IMG/VR virus record: IMGVR_UViG_3300003321_000545
Span: 1 to 52,989 of that record
Direction: 5' to 3' (one strand)
Source of the DNA: a virus
Taxonomy: Duplodnaviria; Caudoviricetes
Length of the DNA: 52,989 bases
Positions within the stretch are counted from its first letter, which is position 1, and each line of letters begins with the position of its first letter. Of this stretch, positions 22,431 to 30,981 are shown piece after piece. The translations under genes and the position numbers were made by a program. Below the pieces are notes generated by a model that worked only from the letters and a program-made list of their open reading frames with translations, did not search any database and was not told where the DNA came from.

Positions 22431-22658
22431 ATGAAATTATTTACTTTTCTTATAACTTTTATTACAATTTCTTCTATTTTAGTTGGCTGCAATAATCCTG
22501 GAAATCATAATGATTTTAATATTGCGATTGGAAATGGTGAAAAAGCCCAACAGGAGCCTCCCACGCGAGACGATGCCAAAAGTGATATATCTAGACCGGA
22601 TGAAAAGACCAGAGCTAAAGATCGCTGGTCAAGGTTGGGTCGTGTCAATAAAGCCTAG
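22431..22658 (+). CDS. Small lipoprotein
   Basis: GGAG RBS, ATG 22431, signal peptide with lipobox LVGC. Confidence 0.55.
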   Translation: MKLFTFLITFITISSILVGCNNPGNHNDFNIAIGNGEKAQQEPPTRDDAKSDISRPDEKTRAKDRWSRLGRVNKA

Positions 22659-22946
22659 CTATTAAATTTAGACATATCTCGGAGTGATTTATAACGCGGA
22701 TGCAAATTATTGATCACTCCACAAGATTTTCTTTTTCTTCTCAATTTATTTATCAGCCACATAAGAAAACTCATGCCAAATCTCCCATCATGTTGATTTA
22801 TTATATCATATAGGATATAAAAACAGAGAACATATGTAAGGAATGACAAGGAAAATTTTATAGAAGATAATGTATCTTTATATCATTCCCCATTAAAAAT
22901 ATGATTTTTTTGTAATAATGATAAAATAATAAGGAAGGAAAGCATT

Positions 22947-23045
22947 ATGGAAATAGATATATGGATGGCAATGAATATTTATATGCTTTTGATAGCAATG
23001 TTAGCTATAGGATTAACATTTTATTATACAAAGGATTGTAATTAG
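22947..23045 (+). CDS. 32-aa single-TM peptide (not in ORF track)
   Basis: RBS AAGGAAGG; MEIDIWMAMNIYMLLIAMLAIGLTFYYTKDCN. Confidence 0.5.
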   Translation: MEIDIWMAMNIYMLLIAMLAIGLTFYYTKDCN

Positions 23046-23049
23046 ATAT

Positions 23050-23328
23050 ATGGACATTTATAATATTATAATTTTAGTATCAGTAATTATTAATATTTTA
23101 TTTAATATATCTTGTATATACTATTTATATCTATTGAATACCACACATAAAATGAATACTCATAATATATTTTCTACTAATTTCAAACAAGAACAGCAAA
23201 TTAAAAGAATTTATCATGAGATAGATGATATAAAAGAAAAAATATATAATAATTCTAATGTTATCAATATTAATAGCTTAAAAAATAAGAAAAAATATCA
23301 GAAAGAAATCAAGGACCCAAGTTTATGA
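23050..23328 (+). CDS. Membrane-anchored hypothetical protein
   Basis: N-terminal TM helix plus coiled coil. Confidence 0.5.
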   Translation: MDIYNIIILVSVIINILFNISCIYYLYLLNTTHKMNTHNIFSTNFKQEQQIKRIYHEIDDIKEKIYNNSNVININSLKNKKKYQKEIKDPSL

Positions 23329-23573
23329 CTAATGTAATTTCACTGGTAAAAGAGAAAAACAAGCGTAAGAGAGAAGTTAATAATACATTTAATGATTGTA
23401 TTAATCATTTTAAAGCCAAAAATCTTAAGGGATATATGATAATAGCCATACATGATGATGGGGATTTAACTTATGATTCTTATTGGGATAGTAAAATAAC
23501 ATCATGTGCCATAATTGGTGCGTTAGAAGTAGCAAAACAAAAAACAATAATTGATGATTTTGAAGATGAGTGA
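23325..23573 (+). CDS. Hypothetical protein
   Basis: ATGA overlap; IIGALEVAK motif. Confidence 0.55.
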   Translation: MTNVISLVKEKNKRKREVNNTFNDCINHFKAKNLKGYMIIAIHDDGDLTYDSYWDSKITSCAIIGALEVAKQKTIIDDFEDE

Positions 23574-23745
23574 TATAACTAAACTAACAAAAACAGAACA
23601 AATTCAATTAATTATAGAAGATATTCATAAACACTTAAGATTCGTATATAATGTACTGGATAACAATCACCACAAAAATAGTATGGATCGTGTTGATCTC
23701 ATAAAAAGTGATCTTAATAAAATAGTGATGCTTTTAAAAAAATAA
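23566..23745 (+). CDS. Hypothetical protein
   Basis: Operon context. Confidence 0.45.
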   Translation: MSDITKLTKTEQIQLIIEDIHKHLRFVYNVLDNNHHKNSMDRVDLIKSDLNKIVMLLKK

Positions 23746-23756
23746 AGGAATAAATT

Positions 23757-23978
23757 ATGGATTGGACTCCGATTTTAACAACAGTGATTTCATTATTAGC
23801 TGGCGTATATATATTTTATCAATTAACAGAAAAAAAGATTGATAAACTAGATGAGCAAATAAAATTAATTGATTCAAATCATCGTGAAGATTTAAAAGTT
23901 ATTAATGATAGATGGATTAAAATGGATGAAAAATGGGAAAGACTTTTTGAGAGATTTTTAATTCAAGATAAAAAATAA
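23757..23978 (+). CDS. MDW-type TM plus coiled-coil protein, paralog 1
   Basis: RBS AAGGA; strongly similar to the next ORF. Confidence 0.7.
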   Translation: MDWTPILTTVISLLAGVYIFYQLTEKKIDKLDEQIKLIDSNHREDLKVINDRWIKMDEKWERLFERFLIQDKK

Positions 23979-23992
23979 AGGAATAATAAATC

Positions 23993-24247
23993 ATGGATTG
24001 GACATCAATATTTACGGTAGCTGCAACATTTATTGCTGGTATTTTTGGATTTTATCAACTTATCGATAGAAAAATTGATAAAATTAGTGCCAATCATAAA
24101 GATAATTTATTATTGATTAGGGAAGACATGAAACAAATGGATGGAAGATGGGAACGAATGTATGCTCTCTCTGATTCCAGATGGATACAAATGGATAATA
24201 AATGGGAAAAATTATTTGAAAAGTATCTTTCAGATATGAAGAGATAA
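23993..24247 (+). CDS. MDW-type TM plus coiled-coil protein, paralog 2
   Basis: MDWT.I.T......G...FYQL...KIDK...NH....RWI.MD.KWE.LFE. Confidence 0.7.
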   Translation: MDWTSIFTVAATFIAGIFGFYQLIDRKIDKISANHKDNLLLIREDMKQMDGRWERMYALSDSRWIQMDNKWEKLFEKYLSDMKR

Positions 24248-24326
24248 AAAAAATATATTTCAAAATATCAGCATCTTTTGAACCCAAGACCAAAAAAAAT
24301 AAGAAAAACAAAAGGGTATATAGAGG

Positions 24327-24980
24327 ATGGATAAAATAAGTACTAAAAATGTCAAAGAGCCAACAAAATTAGCGGTAAAAAAATCTAAAAGAGGACCTTA
24401 TAAAAAAAGATGGCGTTTTCATCTTATGGAAAATGAAGTTCACATGATATTAGAAGCCTGTGAAAAATCATATTTTCCTTTGAGAAACAAATTGCTTATC
24501 TTAATGGCATATAATCATGGTTTGAGAGCATCTGAACTCTGTGCGTTGAAATGGCATAATGTAGATATAGCTAACCGACGCATCTATATAACAAGAATGA
24601 AGAATGGGAAAAGCGGGTATCATCCTATAGAAAGTGATTTAGAGTACAATCTTTTCAAAGAACATAAAGCCATAAGAGATAAACAAGTTGTAAAAGACCC
24701 TTTTGTGTTTATGTCTGAGAGAAGACGACCAATCACCCCTTATAGTCCAAGATGTTTTAACGCTTTATGTGAACAATTGGGAAATCTAGCTGGATTAGAT
24801 TTTAAATTTACACCTCATATGTTGCGTCATGGTATTGCGACTTGGTTAGTAGAAAACGATATGAATATCGTTAAAGTCAGCAGATTTATGGGACATTCTA
24901 AACTTTCATCTACGGAAAGATATTTACACATAAGTGCAAAACAATATCAGGGCTATATGAAAGGATCTATATTTGCATGA
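24327..24980 (+). CDS. Tyrosine recombinase, FimB/FimE-like, catalytic domain only
   Basis: HGLRASEL, RMKNG...HP, PHMLRHG, MGHSKLSSTERY (R-K-H-R-H-Y set); 217 aa. Confidence 0.9.
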   Translation: MDKISTKNVKEPTKLAVKKSKRGPYKKRWRFHLMENEVHMILEACEKSYFPLRNKLLILMAYNHGLRASELCALKWHNVDIANRRIYITRMKNGKSGYHPIESDLEYNLFKEHKAIRDKQVVKDPFVFMSERRRPITPYSPRCFNALCEQLGNLAGLDFKFTPHMLRHGIATWLVENDMNIVKVSRFMGHSKLSSTERYLHISAKQYQGYMKGSIFA

Positions 24981-25291
24981 CATTAGAGAATAAAAGAAAA
25001 ATCATAAAACAGGAGAAAGAAATGACAACCACTGAACAAACTAAAAAACTACAAACCCAAATCAAACCAGAAACATTTGATTTAATAAAGAAAAACTCAA
25101 AGGAAAGAAAGATGTCATCAGGTGCCTATCTTGATTTTATCTTCTTAGATAAAAGAAACAAAACAGCTAAAGATGATGAGCCTACGACTATGGTGATTCA
25201 AAAATTAATATCTGATGTCCAATCGATAAAAGAATTTTTATATAACATAGAAAATAACAGTTCAAAATCATGGTGGAAAAGATTGTTTTAA
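24977..25291 (+). CDS. Putative ribbon-helix-helix/plasmid-type protein with C-terminal amphipathic helix
   Basis: KKLQTQIKPETFDLIK....RKMS.GAYLD; ends KSWWKRLF. Confidence 0.45.
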   Translation: MTLENKRKIIKQEKEMTTTEQTKKLQTQIKPETFDLIKKNSKERKMSSGAYLDFIFLDKRNKTAKDDEPTTMVIQKLISDVQSIKEFLYNIENNSSKSWWKRLF

Positions 25292-25315
25292 AAAATACTA
25301 ATGTAAGGAAATAAA

Positions 25316-25579
25316 ATGACAAATATATGTAACGTATTGGATATACAAGAATATACGGACAGTCCCTATAAAAAACATGTCCAGATTATCACAACAGACA
25401 TTCCTTATGATGATCATACTATGTTTGAATCTTTTGAATATGGGAAGATAGGTCTTATAGGTTTTTTAGGGAGCACACCTTCTAATCCCATATTTTTAAG
25501 ACCAGAATCCATAACAGCAAAAGAGAAAGATGGTCAATTATATCTTGCTATTGTACGAGAAGGATTTGAAAAGATATGA
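25316..25579 (+). CDS. Hypothetical protein
   Basis: RBS and operon context. Confidence 0.5.
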   Translation: MTNICNVLDIQEYTDSPYKKHVQIITTDIPYDDHTMFESFEYGKIGLIGFLGSTPSNPIFLRPESITAKEKDGQLYLAIVREGFEKI

Positions 25580-25785
25580 ATAAAGTTATCTCTAATCATC
25601 AAGATAATTTAATTGTACAAGCAATAAATCAGATTGAAGGCCTTAGAAAAACTTTAAAAGTTTTATACAAATTACATCCTGATATTACAGAACAAAATCT
25701 GAGAAATCATTGGGAATTCTGGACAACAGATGAAATCTTAGAGATCATATCAGATGAATTGTACATCATTTTAAAAAACGATTAA
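25576..25785 (+). CDS. Hypothetical protein
   Basis: ATGA overlap. Confidence 0.5.
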   Translation: MNKVISNHQDNLIVQAINQIEGLRKTLKVLYKLHPDITEQNLRNHWEFWTTDEILEIISDELYIILKND

Positions 25786-25931
25786 CCTTCTTCTGCTGCC
25801 AACACAATGATATTTATGGTATTTTCACCAGGTATTTTTACTGTTGTATAATTTGAGGTGCCATTTACCAAGATTAGTGTGTCTTCATCACAATCATCTA
25901 ATATAGATGCTACAAATTCTTTTTTAAGCAT
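25782..25931 (-). CDS. 49-aa hypothetical protein (not in ORF track)
   Basis: GGAG RBS; MLKKEFVASILDDCDEDTLILVNG... Confidence 0.45.
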   Translation of the reverse strand: MLKKEFVASILDDCDEDTLILVNGTSNYTTVKIPGENTINIIVLAAEEG

Positions 25932-25989
25932 TAATCTTCTCCGATAAAATATTAAAATTAATCATACCATATTGAATGATGCATTTAAA

Positions 25990-26313
25990 TTAACTTTGTG
26001 CGCGCTTTTTATAATCTGCAAAATTTATAATGTTTGTATTGATGGCAGGTGTCGATGATTTAAATTTATTGAGATATTTTTGCATACACATCATATCAAA
26101 GACATAATCACGAAATGAGGAAGAGTCCAAGCATTCTTCTGTATAATCCGCAAAAACTGTAGATTTATATTTTTGCCAGTTCGTCATGAAGGCACCAAGA
26201 CCAATCGCACTTCGACATTTATTGGCATCATCTATCAATTTTTTGGTTTGCTTAAAGAGTGCTAAAAACTCTTCCTCAATCATTTTTTTTCTCATTTTTA
26301 TTGGAGGATTCAA
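25990..26313 (-). CDS. Hypothetical protein
   Basis: Own promoter TTGATT-N17-TATAAG upstream; true start may be a downstream ATG. Confidence 0.55.
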   Translation of the reverse strand: MNPPIKMRKKMIEEEFLALFKQTKKLIDDANKCRSAIGLGAFMTNWQKYKSTVFADYTEECLDSSSFRDYVFDMMCMQKYLNKFKSSTPAINTNIINFADYKKRAQS

Positions 26314-26389
26314 TCAGAGTGTTATTATGTTATAATCCTCACTTGCGCTTATATCATACATATATTGTAAAATCAATATAAACTTTTTT

Positions 26390-26578
26390 CTAGTTTGGAT
26401 CTCCATTATACCAACCCCATTTTCTCCCTAAAAATTTTATAATATCGTTCATTTCATGATAGTCTTTTTGCATTTCTATCCTAATTTTTTTGATATCTTT
26501 CAACTTTTTATTGATCACAAATATTCCTACAAGTAGGACCATCAAGATACATAAAAGAATATAATTACTCATGTTCAT
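26390..26578 (-). CDS. Small TM plus coiled-coil protein
   Basis: Hydrophobic N-terminus. Confidence 0.55.
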   Translation of the reverse strand: MNMSNYILLCILMVLLVGIFVINKKLKDIKKIRIEMQKDYHEMNDIIKFLGRKWGWYNGDPN

Positions 26579-26582
26579 AATC

Positions 26583-27863
26583 CTATGCAGCTTTTACATC
26601 GACAGATTTACTATCATTTTGTGGCTCTTTTTTAAGTTGATTCAAACGCACATCATCTTTAATTTTTAGGTACTGTTCATTTGTAATTTTTGTAAGAGAA
26701 TCAACACAAAATTCTTTCTGGTAGTATTTAATTAACTCCTGATCGTTTCCTAATACATTTTTTAGATCTTCAATTTGAACATCTAACAATCCGTCGTTTT
26801 TTACCTGCAAAAAGTCTTTCATTTCCAAAAACTTTTGTTTAAGAATATGGCTTGGTAAGGATGAAACCTTGGTCCAACTATGCGTATTAAAGAAGTTCTC
26901 AATGAGTTCAGACTTTGCTTTAACTTCAGCTGTTGCTCTACCCGGATAATATTTTTGCATTAATCCGTCTATTTCCTCACACCAAATCTCTCTTTGTTTT
27001 TGTTCTGTTGGCCAATCATCATATTCTAGATCAGGGTATAGATCTTGAGAATTAGATTGATTTAAAGAATCGTAATGCGTTCCTTTTAAGTTGAGATGCT
27101 TAAAGTGAGGCTCAAACCTTTCAAAGACGCTCAATATCTTGTTGATATCTGCCCCTTTGTGAGGTGTAAAATCGATTTCATCACCGTTTAGAAAGTTATA
27201 TCTATCCTTTTCAACAAGTGCCCTATTAATTATCTTTCCATTTTCACGGTGTTTAATCATCTCTATAAGAAGAGAGGGTTCGTAACCAAGTTCCTTTTCT
27301 GTTGCCATTTTGGTCCCATTGGTAATTAATTCCTTCTTTCCAGTAGCGTCATTAACCTGATAATCATAAATAGAAGAGGCCCTTCCACATAAAATGACAT
27401 GGACCTTTGAGGAGAGATATTTATCTGTGAATTGTGCCCATACATCTTTAATTGTTGCCCAATGTTGAAATTCAAGTTTTTGTAGGGGCGATTTTCTTTG
27501 ATTTTTGCGAGATTCATTAAGTTTATCTATATAAGACTTTTGAACATCCCTCCAAACATGTGTAATGGAATCTATAATGACGACAGAGCACTCTTTTTCT
27601 GCCTCTGCCATAAATTTCATGAGATCTGCTAGGGATCTTGATTCGTAACATAAGACTTCTATACCGGCTGCCTTAAAAAGAGGCAAAACATAACTTAGAG
27701 CTGGCTCAGTATCAAAGAATGCAATTGGTTTTTTACATTCTGCAAATTTGTGTAATCCAATTGCCATACAAGATGCTGTAAAGGTTTTACCACTACCTGC
27801 ATCTCCGTATATTCCAACTTTTCCAAATGCTGTCTGATTATCAGCTTTTTTTAAGAACGACAT
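26583..27863 (-). CDS. AAA-family P-loop ATPase, Sak4/recombination-like
   Basis: Walker A GDAGSGKT, DTE, Walker B VVIIDSITHVW. Confidence 0.8.
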   Translation of the reverse strand: MSFLKKADNQTAFGKVGIYGDAGSGKTFTASCMAIGLHKFAECKKPIAFFDTEPALSYVLPLFKAAGIEVLCYESRSLADLMKFMAEAEKECSVVIIDSITHVWRDVQKSYIDKLNESRKNQRKSPLQKLEFQHWATIKDVWAQFTDKYLSSKVHVILCGRASSIYDYQVNDATGKKELITNGTKMATEKELGYEPSLLIEMIKHRENGKIINRALVEKDRYNFLNGDEIDFTPHKGADINKILSVFERFEPHFKHLNLKGTHYDSLNQSNSQDLYPDLEYDDWPTEQKQREIWCEEIDGLMQKYYPGRATAEVKAKSELIENFFNTHSWTKVSSLPSHILKQKFLEMKDFLQVKNDGLLDVQIEDLKNVLGNDQELIKYYQKEFCVDSLTKITNEQYLKIKDDVRLNQLKKEPQNDSKSVDVKAA

Positions 27864-27872
27864 TCTATTCTC

Positions 27873-28334
27873 CTAAAATTCATTATTATATTGATCGCGG
27901 TCTTGCTTTAACATTTTTTTATACCACCGACTTTCTATCTCATGGCCGTAAAGAATATGATTGGGTATATCTAAATCCTTGATTTCGTCTTTATTCTTCA
28001 TATTCTGATTAAAAATATCATCATATTCTTGATTATTATCAATCCAACTATTATTATGATAGTGCCTTGTTTTTATATAAAAATTATTCTCATTTATTAG
28101 CTTCTTAGCCCTATAAATACAAAACTTCTCCCACCCATCTGGGGTTAACATTTGTAAATCCCCATCTTCTGTTGTTTTTTTTCTTACAACATTGATATTT
28201 GGATCATGAGCATCAATTGCTTTTTGAAGAGCGGTCCTTGTATCTTTAGATAGTGCATCATAATAATCTTGAAGATATGTACCTGCTTTTAAAGATTCCC
28301 ATCCTTTTCTTTTGGATTTTAAAACATTCGTCAT
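27873..28334 (-). CDS. Hypothetical protein
   Basis: Operon context. Confidence 0.55.
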   Translation of the reverse strand: MTNVLKSKRKGWESLKAGTYLQDYYDALSKDTRTALQKAIDAHDPNINVVRKKTTEDGDLQMLTPDGWEKFCIYRAKKLINENNFYIKTRHYHNNSWIDNNQEYDDIFNQNMKNKDEIKDLDIPNHILYGHEIESRWYKKMLKQDRDQYNNEF

Positions 28335-28513
28335 ATCTTATTCCCTTCAATTAAATCTAATTCTTGCACATACCAAATTTTTCTATCTTTAGGTGGTATT
28401 TTATTTAATTCAGTCTTTGCCAATTTTTGTGTTGAATAAACTTCAAACGTGTGTAGTTGACCCCATTCATATTCAACAATTCCATAAACTTTCTTTTGTT
28501 TAAATTTATTCAT
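28331..28513 (-). CDS. Small phage protein
   Basis: KVYGIV...EVYST.KLA motif, similar to 36851-37009. Confidence 0.55.
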   Translation of the reverse strand: MNKFKQKKVYGIVEYEWGQLHTFEVYSTQKLAKTELNKIPPKDRKIWYVQELDLIEGNKI

Positions 28514-28523
28514 CTTACATTTC

Positions 28524-28790
28524 TCAGTTTATGGTTGCTGACTTGCAGGTTGCTATTTCTTGGCAAATCATATCAAGACAATTCTCTGCCTGTCTTTTAG
28601 TGGGGAATATACTATGAGCTTCATTGTTTGGTAGAACAATTGTAAACCCATCATCCCAATTTGTTTGCAAAATTTTATCAACATAATATCTTGATATTTC
28701 TGTAATTTGTTTATCAACTGTACGATTGTTGTTTATATTCCTTTCAACAACCCTATATACTTTTCCATATTCCTTGTCATATTCAGCCAT
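28524..28790 (-). CDS. Hypothetical protein, first gene of leftward operon
   Basis: GGAG RBS; TTGACG -35 at 28862-28867 on the minus strand. Confidence 0.55.
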   Translation of the reverse strand: MAEYDKEYGKVYRVVERNINNNRTVDKQITEISRYYVDKILQTNWDDGFTIVLPNNEAHSIFPTKRQAENCLDMICQEIATCKSATIN

Positions 28791-28920
28791 TTTCTTATCT
28801 CCAAGTTAATAAGTCATATTTTTTAGCTTACAACTCTAGGATATACATAATTTCACATGTTCGTCAATAGTTTTATTTGTTTTATAAGTTATATTAGTTT
28901 TTAATCAATTTTATCTATAT

Positions 28921-28952
28921 AAAATAAAACCCTAGGCCATATAGACCTAGGG
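28921..28952 (-). terminator. Rho-independent terminator
   Basis: Minus strand CCCTAGGTC-TATAT-GGCCTAGGG then TTTTATTTT. Confidence 0.75.
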
Positions 28953-29008
28953 ATACATATAAGGAAGGTAACATAATAACACTATATAAAAAGTGGAGAT
29001 AGCTCTCG
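28921..29008 (-). ncRNA. Putative ~88-nt small RNA (sRNA2)
   Basis: Promoter TTGAAA(29043-29038)-N17-AATAAT(29020-29015) with TG extension, ending at the terminator above; no convincing ORF. Confidence 0.5.
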
Positions 29009-29137
29009 ATCAGCATTATTTCATAAAATTTTATCTATTTCAAGATAATTGAACTTGTAATTGTTGAATGCTTCGGGCATAGTCTGTTTCATGTGAATTT
29101 TTAGGAAAGGATAGAAATCTAAAGTTTCCACTAGAAA

Positions 29138-29228
29138 TGAAAAAGGCACCTCCGAAGAGATGCCTCGTTCACTTGGAAAACTACTAATACCCACCACAAC
29201 AACGACAAGTAATAATAGTTCTAAAACT
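29138..29228 (-). ncRNA. Putative ~90-nt antisense RNA to the rep leader (sRNA1/ctRNA)
   Basis: Promoter TTGACT(29263-29258)-N17-TATAAA(29240-29235); terminator AGGCAUCUC-UUCG-GAGGUGCCU-UUUU that pairs fully only on the minus strand. Confidence 0.62.
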
Positions 29229-29311
29229 AATTGGTTTATAACAAATCCTATGTGGTGAGTCAAGTATTTTTCCAAGAAAAATTAATAATAATTTTTTAAG
29301 GAGAAAAAACA

Positions 29312-29986
29312 ATGTGTTACAAGACATTAAGGCAAATAAACCAAGTTCATCGCAGCCTTCTTTCACCAAAATCGAAAACAATTTTATCTATTATTTGCCA
29401 ATACGGCGACTGGAATACCGGTAAGGGTTCTCGATTATCAAATTCAAAGTTAGCAGAAATGAGCGGTTATTCTATACGAACAGTTGAAAGAGCGAGACAA
29501 GAACTTAAAGGATTAAGAATGATCTTAATAATCTCTAAACACTGTATGAAAAGAAGGTGGGGAGAAGAAGTTATGATTAACTTTGCCGTTCTTCATCAAT
29601 TTGTTGAACAATCAAAGATTTTGTATCAGAAGGATCGAGAAAAGAAATATCGCCATGAAGTTATCCACAAAAACTGTGGAAGAATCTGTGGAAAACAAGA
29701 TGAAAAAGTAGAGAGTACCGACAAAATGACGGTAGAGAGTACCGACAAAATGACGGACTATACATACACCGATACATCTATAAATACAGTTGGACAACAA
29801 CAACCTGTGGAAAAATTAGGGGATATGGAGGTAACCCAAAATTTTAACATCGAAGATTATATCAGTCCATGCGACATAAACAGACAACCTAATATGGATG
29901 TTGTAAAGGCTTTAACAATTTTGCTAAATGGAAAGGAGGACGGCCTAGTGTTTGGTAAAGCAGAAGAATTCTTATTCAACTTCTAA
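29312..29986 (+). CDS. HTH replication initiator protein
   Basis: AAGGAG RBS; SNSKLAEMSGYSIRTVERARQELK winged HTH; internal repeats and DnaA boxes. Confidence 0.7.
   Translation: MCYKTLRQINQVHRSLLSPKSKTILSIICQYGDWNTGKGSRLSNSKLAEMSGYSIRTVERARQELKGLRMILIISKHCMKRRWGEEVMINFAVLHQFVEQSKILYQKDREKKYRHEVIHKNCGRICGKQDEKVESTDKMTVESTDKMTDYTYTDTSINTVGQQQPVEKLGDMEVTQNFNIEDYISPCDINRQPNMDVVKALTILLNGKEDGLVFGKAEEFLFNF
29661..29814. repeat. Probable replication origin inside rep
   Basis: TTATCCACA 29661-29669; TGTGGAAGA 29675; TGTGGAAAA 29687 and 29806; GTAGAGAGTACCGACAAAATGACG x2 at 29708-29755. Confidence 0.65.
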
Positions 29987-30133
29987 AAATCAAACCTTAA
30001 ATTAAAATTGGCTTGGCAGAATGGAAGTGGTATACAAATCACTCTGGATGATTGAAATCTTGATTGAAAATATAGTTTTATAGTGTTAGTTAGGTTTTAA
30101 TCGTTATATTTGAATTAAGAGGATTATGATAAA

Positions 30134-30349
30134 TTGACAAATAAAAAAACCAAGAAAAGAAGGAAACAAAATATTATTTCTTCATACACAGCAGCTAGAT
30201 TGCTTCATATGACCAAACAAACTTTTATAAATCACTTAGAAGATGGTATATTTCCATTTCCTGCCATGAAACTTGGAAATGAATATAAGTTCCGCCGTGA
30301 AGATATAGAAAAGTATATAGAAAAATCATTTAAGGTTATAAAAAAATAA
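30134..30349 (+). CDS. Excisionase-like HTH DNA-binding protein
   Basis: AARLLHMTKQT....G.FP..KLGNEYKFRREDIEKYI. Confidence 0.75.
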   Translation: MTNKKTKKRRKQNIISSYTAARLLHMTKQTFINHLEDGIFPFPAMKLGNEYKFRREDIEKYIEKSFKVIKK

Positions 30350-30360
30350 AGGAATATAAA

Positions 30361-30555
30361 ATGGATACATTGATAATAGTAGGTGTAATAATTGTTTCAA
30401 TTTATATATTTCATTCTATCACAATTCTACATATTAAAAGACATGATGCTGAATTAAGAGACATACAAAAGGAAATTTCAAAGAGAGATGCTTTGTGGGC
30501 AGATTTATTAAAACAGATCCATGAAATCAAGTTATTTCAATCCACCAAACATTAA
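30361..30555 (+). CDS. Small TM plus coiled-coil protein
   Basis: Same 16-bp upstream junction as the MDW paralogs. Confidence 0.6.
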   Translation: MDTLIIVGVIIVSIYIFHSITILHIKRHDAELRDIQKEISKRDALWADLLKQIHEIKLFQSTKH

Positions 30556-30569
30556 TAGAGTTAAATATA

Positions 30570-30845
30570 GTGAAAGAGAAATTAACATCTTTATTCAATA
30601 ACATAGGTATTATTATTGAAAATGAAGATTTGATAACATGCATAACTGCTTTATCATCCCAAGTCGTTAACCTCTATAGTTATATAATCAAACACAACAA
30701 CGAACGGCCTGAAGATTATAATCATTTGTTAATAGAAGTCCTCCCTCTTATTCATAAGGATCTTAATCAAAAATATGATGAAATAATGAATTTTTTACAA
30801 GATGTTACAAAAGTGAAGAGTAAACAGGACATAGATGCCTCCTAA
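30570..30845 (+). CDS. Hypothetical protein
   Basis: ORF in operon. Confidence 0.45.
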   Translation: MKEKLTSLFNNIGIIIENEDLITCITALSSQVVNLYSYIIKHNNERPEDYNHLLIEVLPLIHKDLNQKYDEIMNFLQDVTKVKSKQDIDAS

Positions 30846-30981
30846 TGTTGATAGCGAAGGCATCCGTCCAAGGTGATGAAATTATAGCCCATCTTTGGGA
30901 GACTGACTAATAGAAATATAGTAGAAAATTTAACAACATTGTTCAATAGAAAATATCATTGTTATAAGATATAATTGATAT

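Noticed and set aside
29021-29381. Minus-strand ORFs 29021-29275 and 29184-29381
   Set aside because: TTG starts without RBS; they overlap promoter and terminator elements and the region is better read as sRNA genes
29708-29755. CRISPR-like repeat
   Set aside because: Two abutting copies with no spacer, in frame within rep; no array or cas genes seen anywhere
30834-30905. Hairpins GATGCCT/AGGCATC and CCCA/TGGG as a ribozyme or tRNA
   Set aside because: No hammerhead core or cloverleaf could be built
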